The translations under genes and the position numbers were made by a program. The notes below the pieces were generated by a model. The model did no database searches, had not been told where the DNA came from, and saw only the letters and a program-made list of their open reading frames with translations. Positions 31,378-32,000 of a stretch of DNA of 32,000 nucleotides are shown in pieces; positions within the stretch are counted from its first letter, which is position 1; every line of letters begins with the position of its first letter. Source of the stretch: Methanosarcina siciliae T4/M (lineage in GTDB: Archaea; Halobacteriota; Methanosarcinia; Methanosarcinales; Methanosarcinaceae); the NCBI RefSeq assembly GCF_000970085.1, contig NZ_CP009506.1, forward strand, positions 3,190,860 through 3,222,859, in the 5' to 3' direction.

Positions 31378-32000
31378 ATGGAACCCTGGGCAAGATGCTG
31401 GCTTGAAGATCAGCGTAAAGCTGGAGAAAAATGTCTTGAAATCAAAGTTCGAGGCGCTTGTCATTATGTTTATCGCTCTACGAGTAAATATGACAAAAAA
31501 ATTAAGAAAGGTCGTAAAGTTTCAGTTTACATTGGTAGACTCGACAAAGATTACGGCTTTATACCTAAAGGTGAGAAACCTAAAACTAATGTGATACCTG
31601 TGCCTCACTCTGTCACTGACTATGGAAATTCAATGATTTTACATAATATGATGGGAGAGCTCAAACCTTTTCTCATGAAAAATTTTCCGGAATATTGGGA
31701 AGAACTCTATGCAATGTCAATTGTTCGTGTAAATGGATATGTCCCCCTCAAACGAATTAAAGATACTTGGGAAGATCTCTATAATCTTGAAGGTATAAAA
31801 CCAAATCTTAATCCATCCAATCTTTCAAAAGTGTTAAGGGAAGTAGGCTGTGATAGGTTTGGGCAGAATGAGCTATTCAATCATCTCAAAAATGCAGACA
31901 CTCAACTCGTCTATGACTTAAGTTCCTGTTTCTCTCGATCTATGAATATCTACAGGCTGAAAAAGGCTACAACAAAGACTGTATTCAAGTTCCCCAAATC
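31378..32000 (+). pseudogene. IS4-superfamily (IS1634/ISH3-like) transposase, 5' part, running off the window; apparent frameshift near 31950
   Basis: An open frame runs from the ATG at 31378 (MEPWARCWLEDQRKAGEKCLEIKVRGACHYVY...QLVYDLSSCFSRSMNI). The expected continuation LQAEKGYNKDCIQVPQI is in the -1 frame from about 31950. This ORF is not in the supplied track because no stop is reached. Confidence 0.6.

Overview
The window reads as a chromosomal segment of a Methanosarcina-like methanogenic archaeon. This is inferred from gene content: gamma-class carbonic anhydrase Cam, a PGF-pre-PGF/PGF-CTERM surface protein, archaeal Pth2, TruD, THEP1 NTPase and a multi-PAS hybrid histidine kinase. About 20 protein genes look intact. 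Most are housekeeping or metabolic: lrgAB, iscS-iscU, a RimK-type ATP-grasp ligase, pth2, truD, cam, pncB, a Cys/Met-metabolism PLP enzyme, pfpI, a circularly permuted GTPase and THEP1. Exported or surface proteins are interleaved: a 1220-aa S8-like peptidase, a transglutaminase-like protein and a PD40 beta-propeller protein. Mobile DNA is prominent. There is an IS1-family element with an A8 -1 frameshift site, an IS4-family element with inverted repeats and a 5-bp target duplication, and a partial IS1634/ISH3-like transposase at the right edge. There is also a CotH/TnpB gene scar inside a strongly AT-rich island (about 24.2-26.8 kb). A marR-MATE pair appears to be decaying through frameshifts and a stop codon. 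I saw no rRNA, tRNA or CRISPR array. I did not find a convincing multi-gene novel system. The best unexplained signals are: (1) a roughly 100-nt intergenic element present twice in inverted orientation, 18.6 kb apart; (2) a repeat-dense 750-bp non-coding region downstream of cam; (3) the AT-rich island of small membrane-protein genes and gene scars; (4) active-site deviations in the IscU-like and S8-like proteins; (5) several perfect tandem or inverted repeats placed at gene 5' ends. All calls come from reading the sequence and the ORF track. No database search was run.
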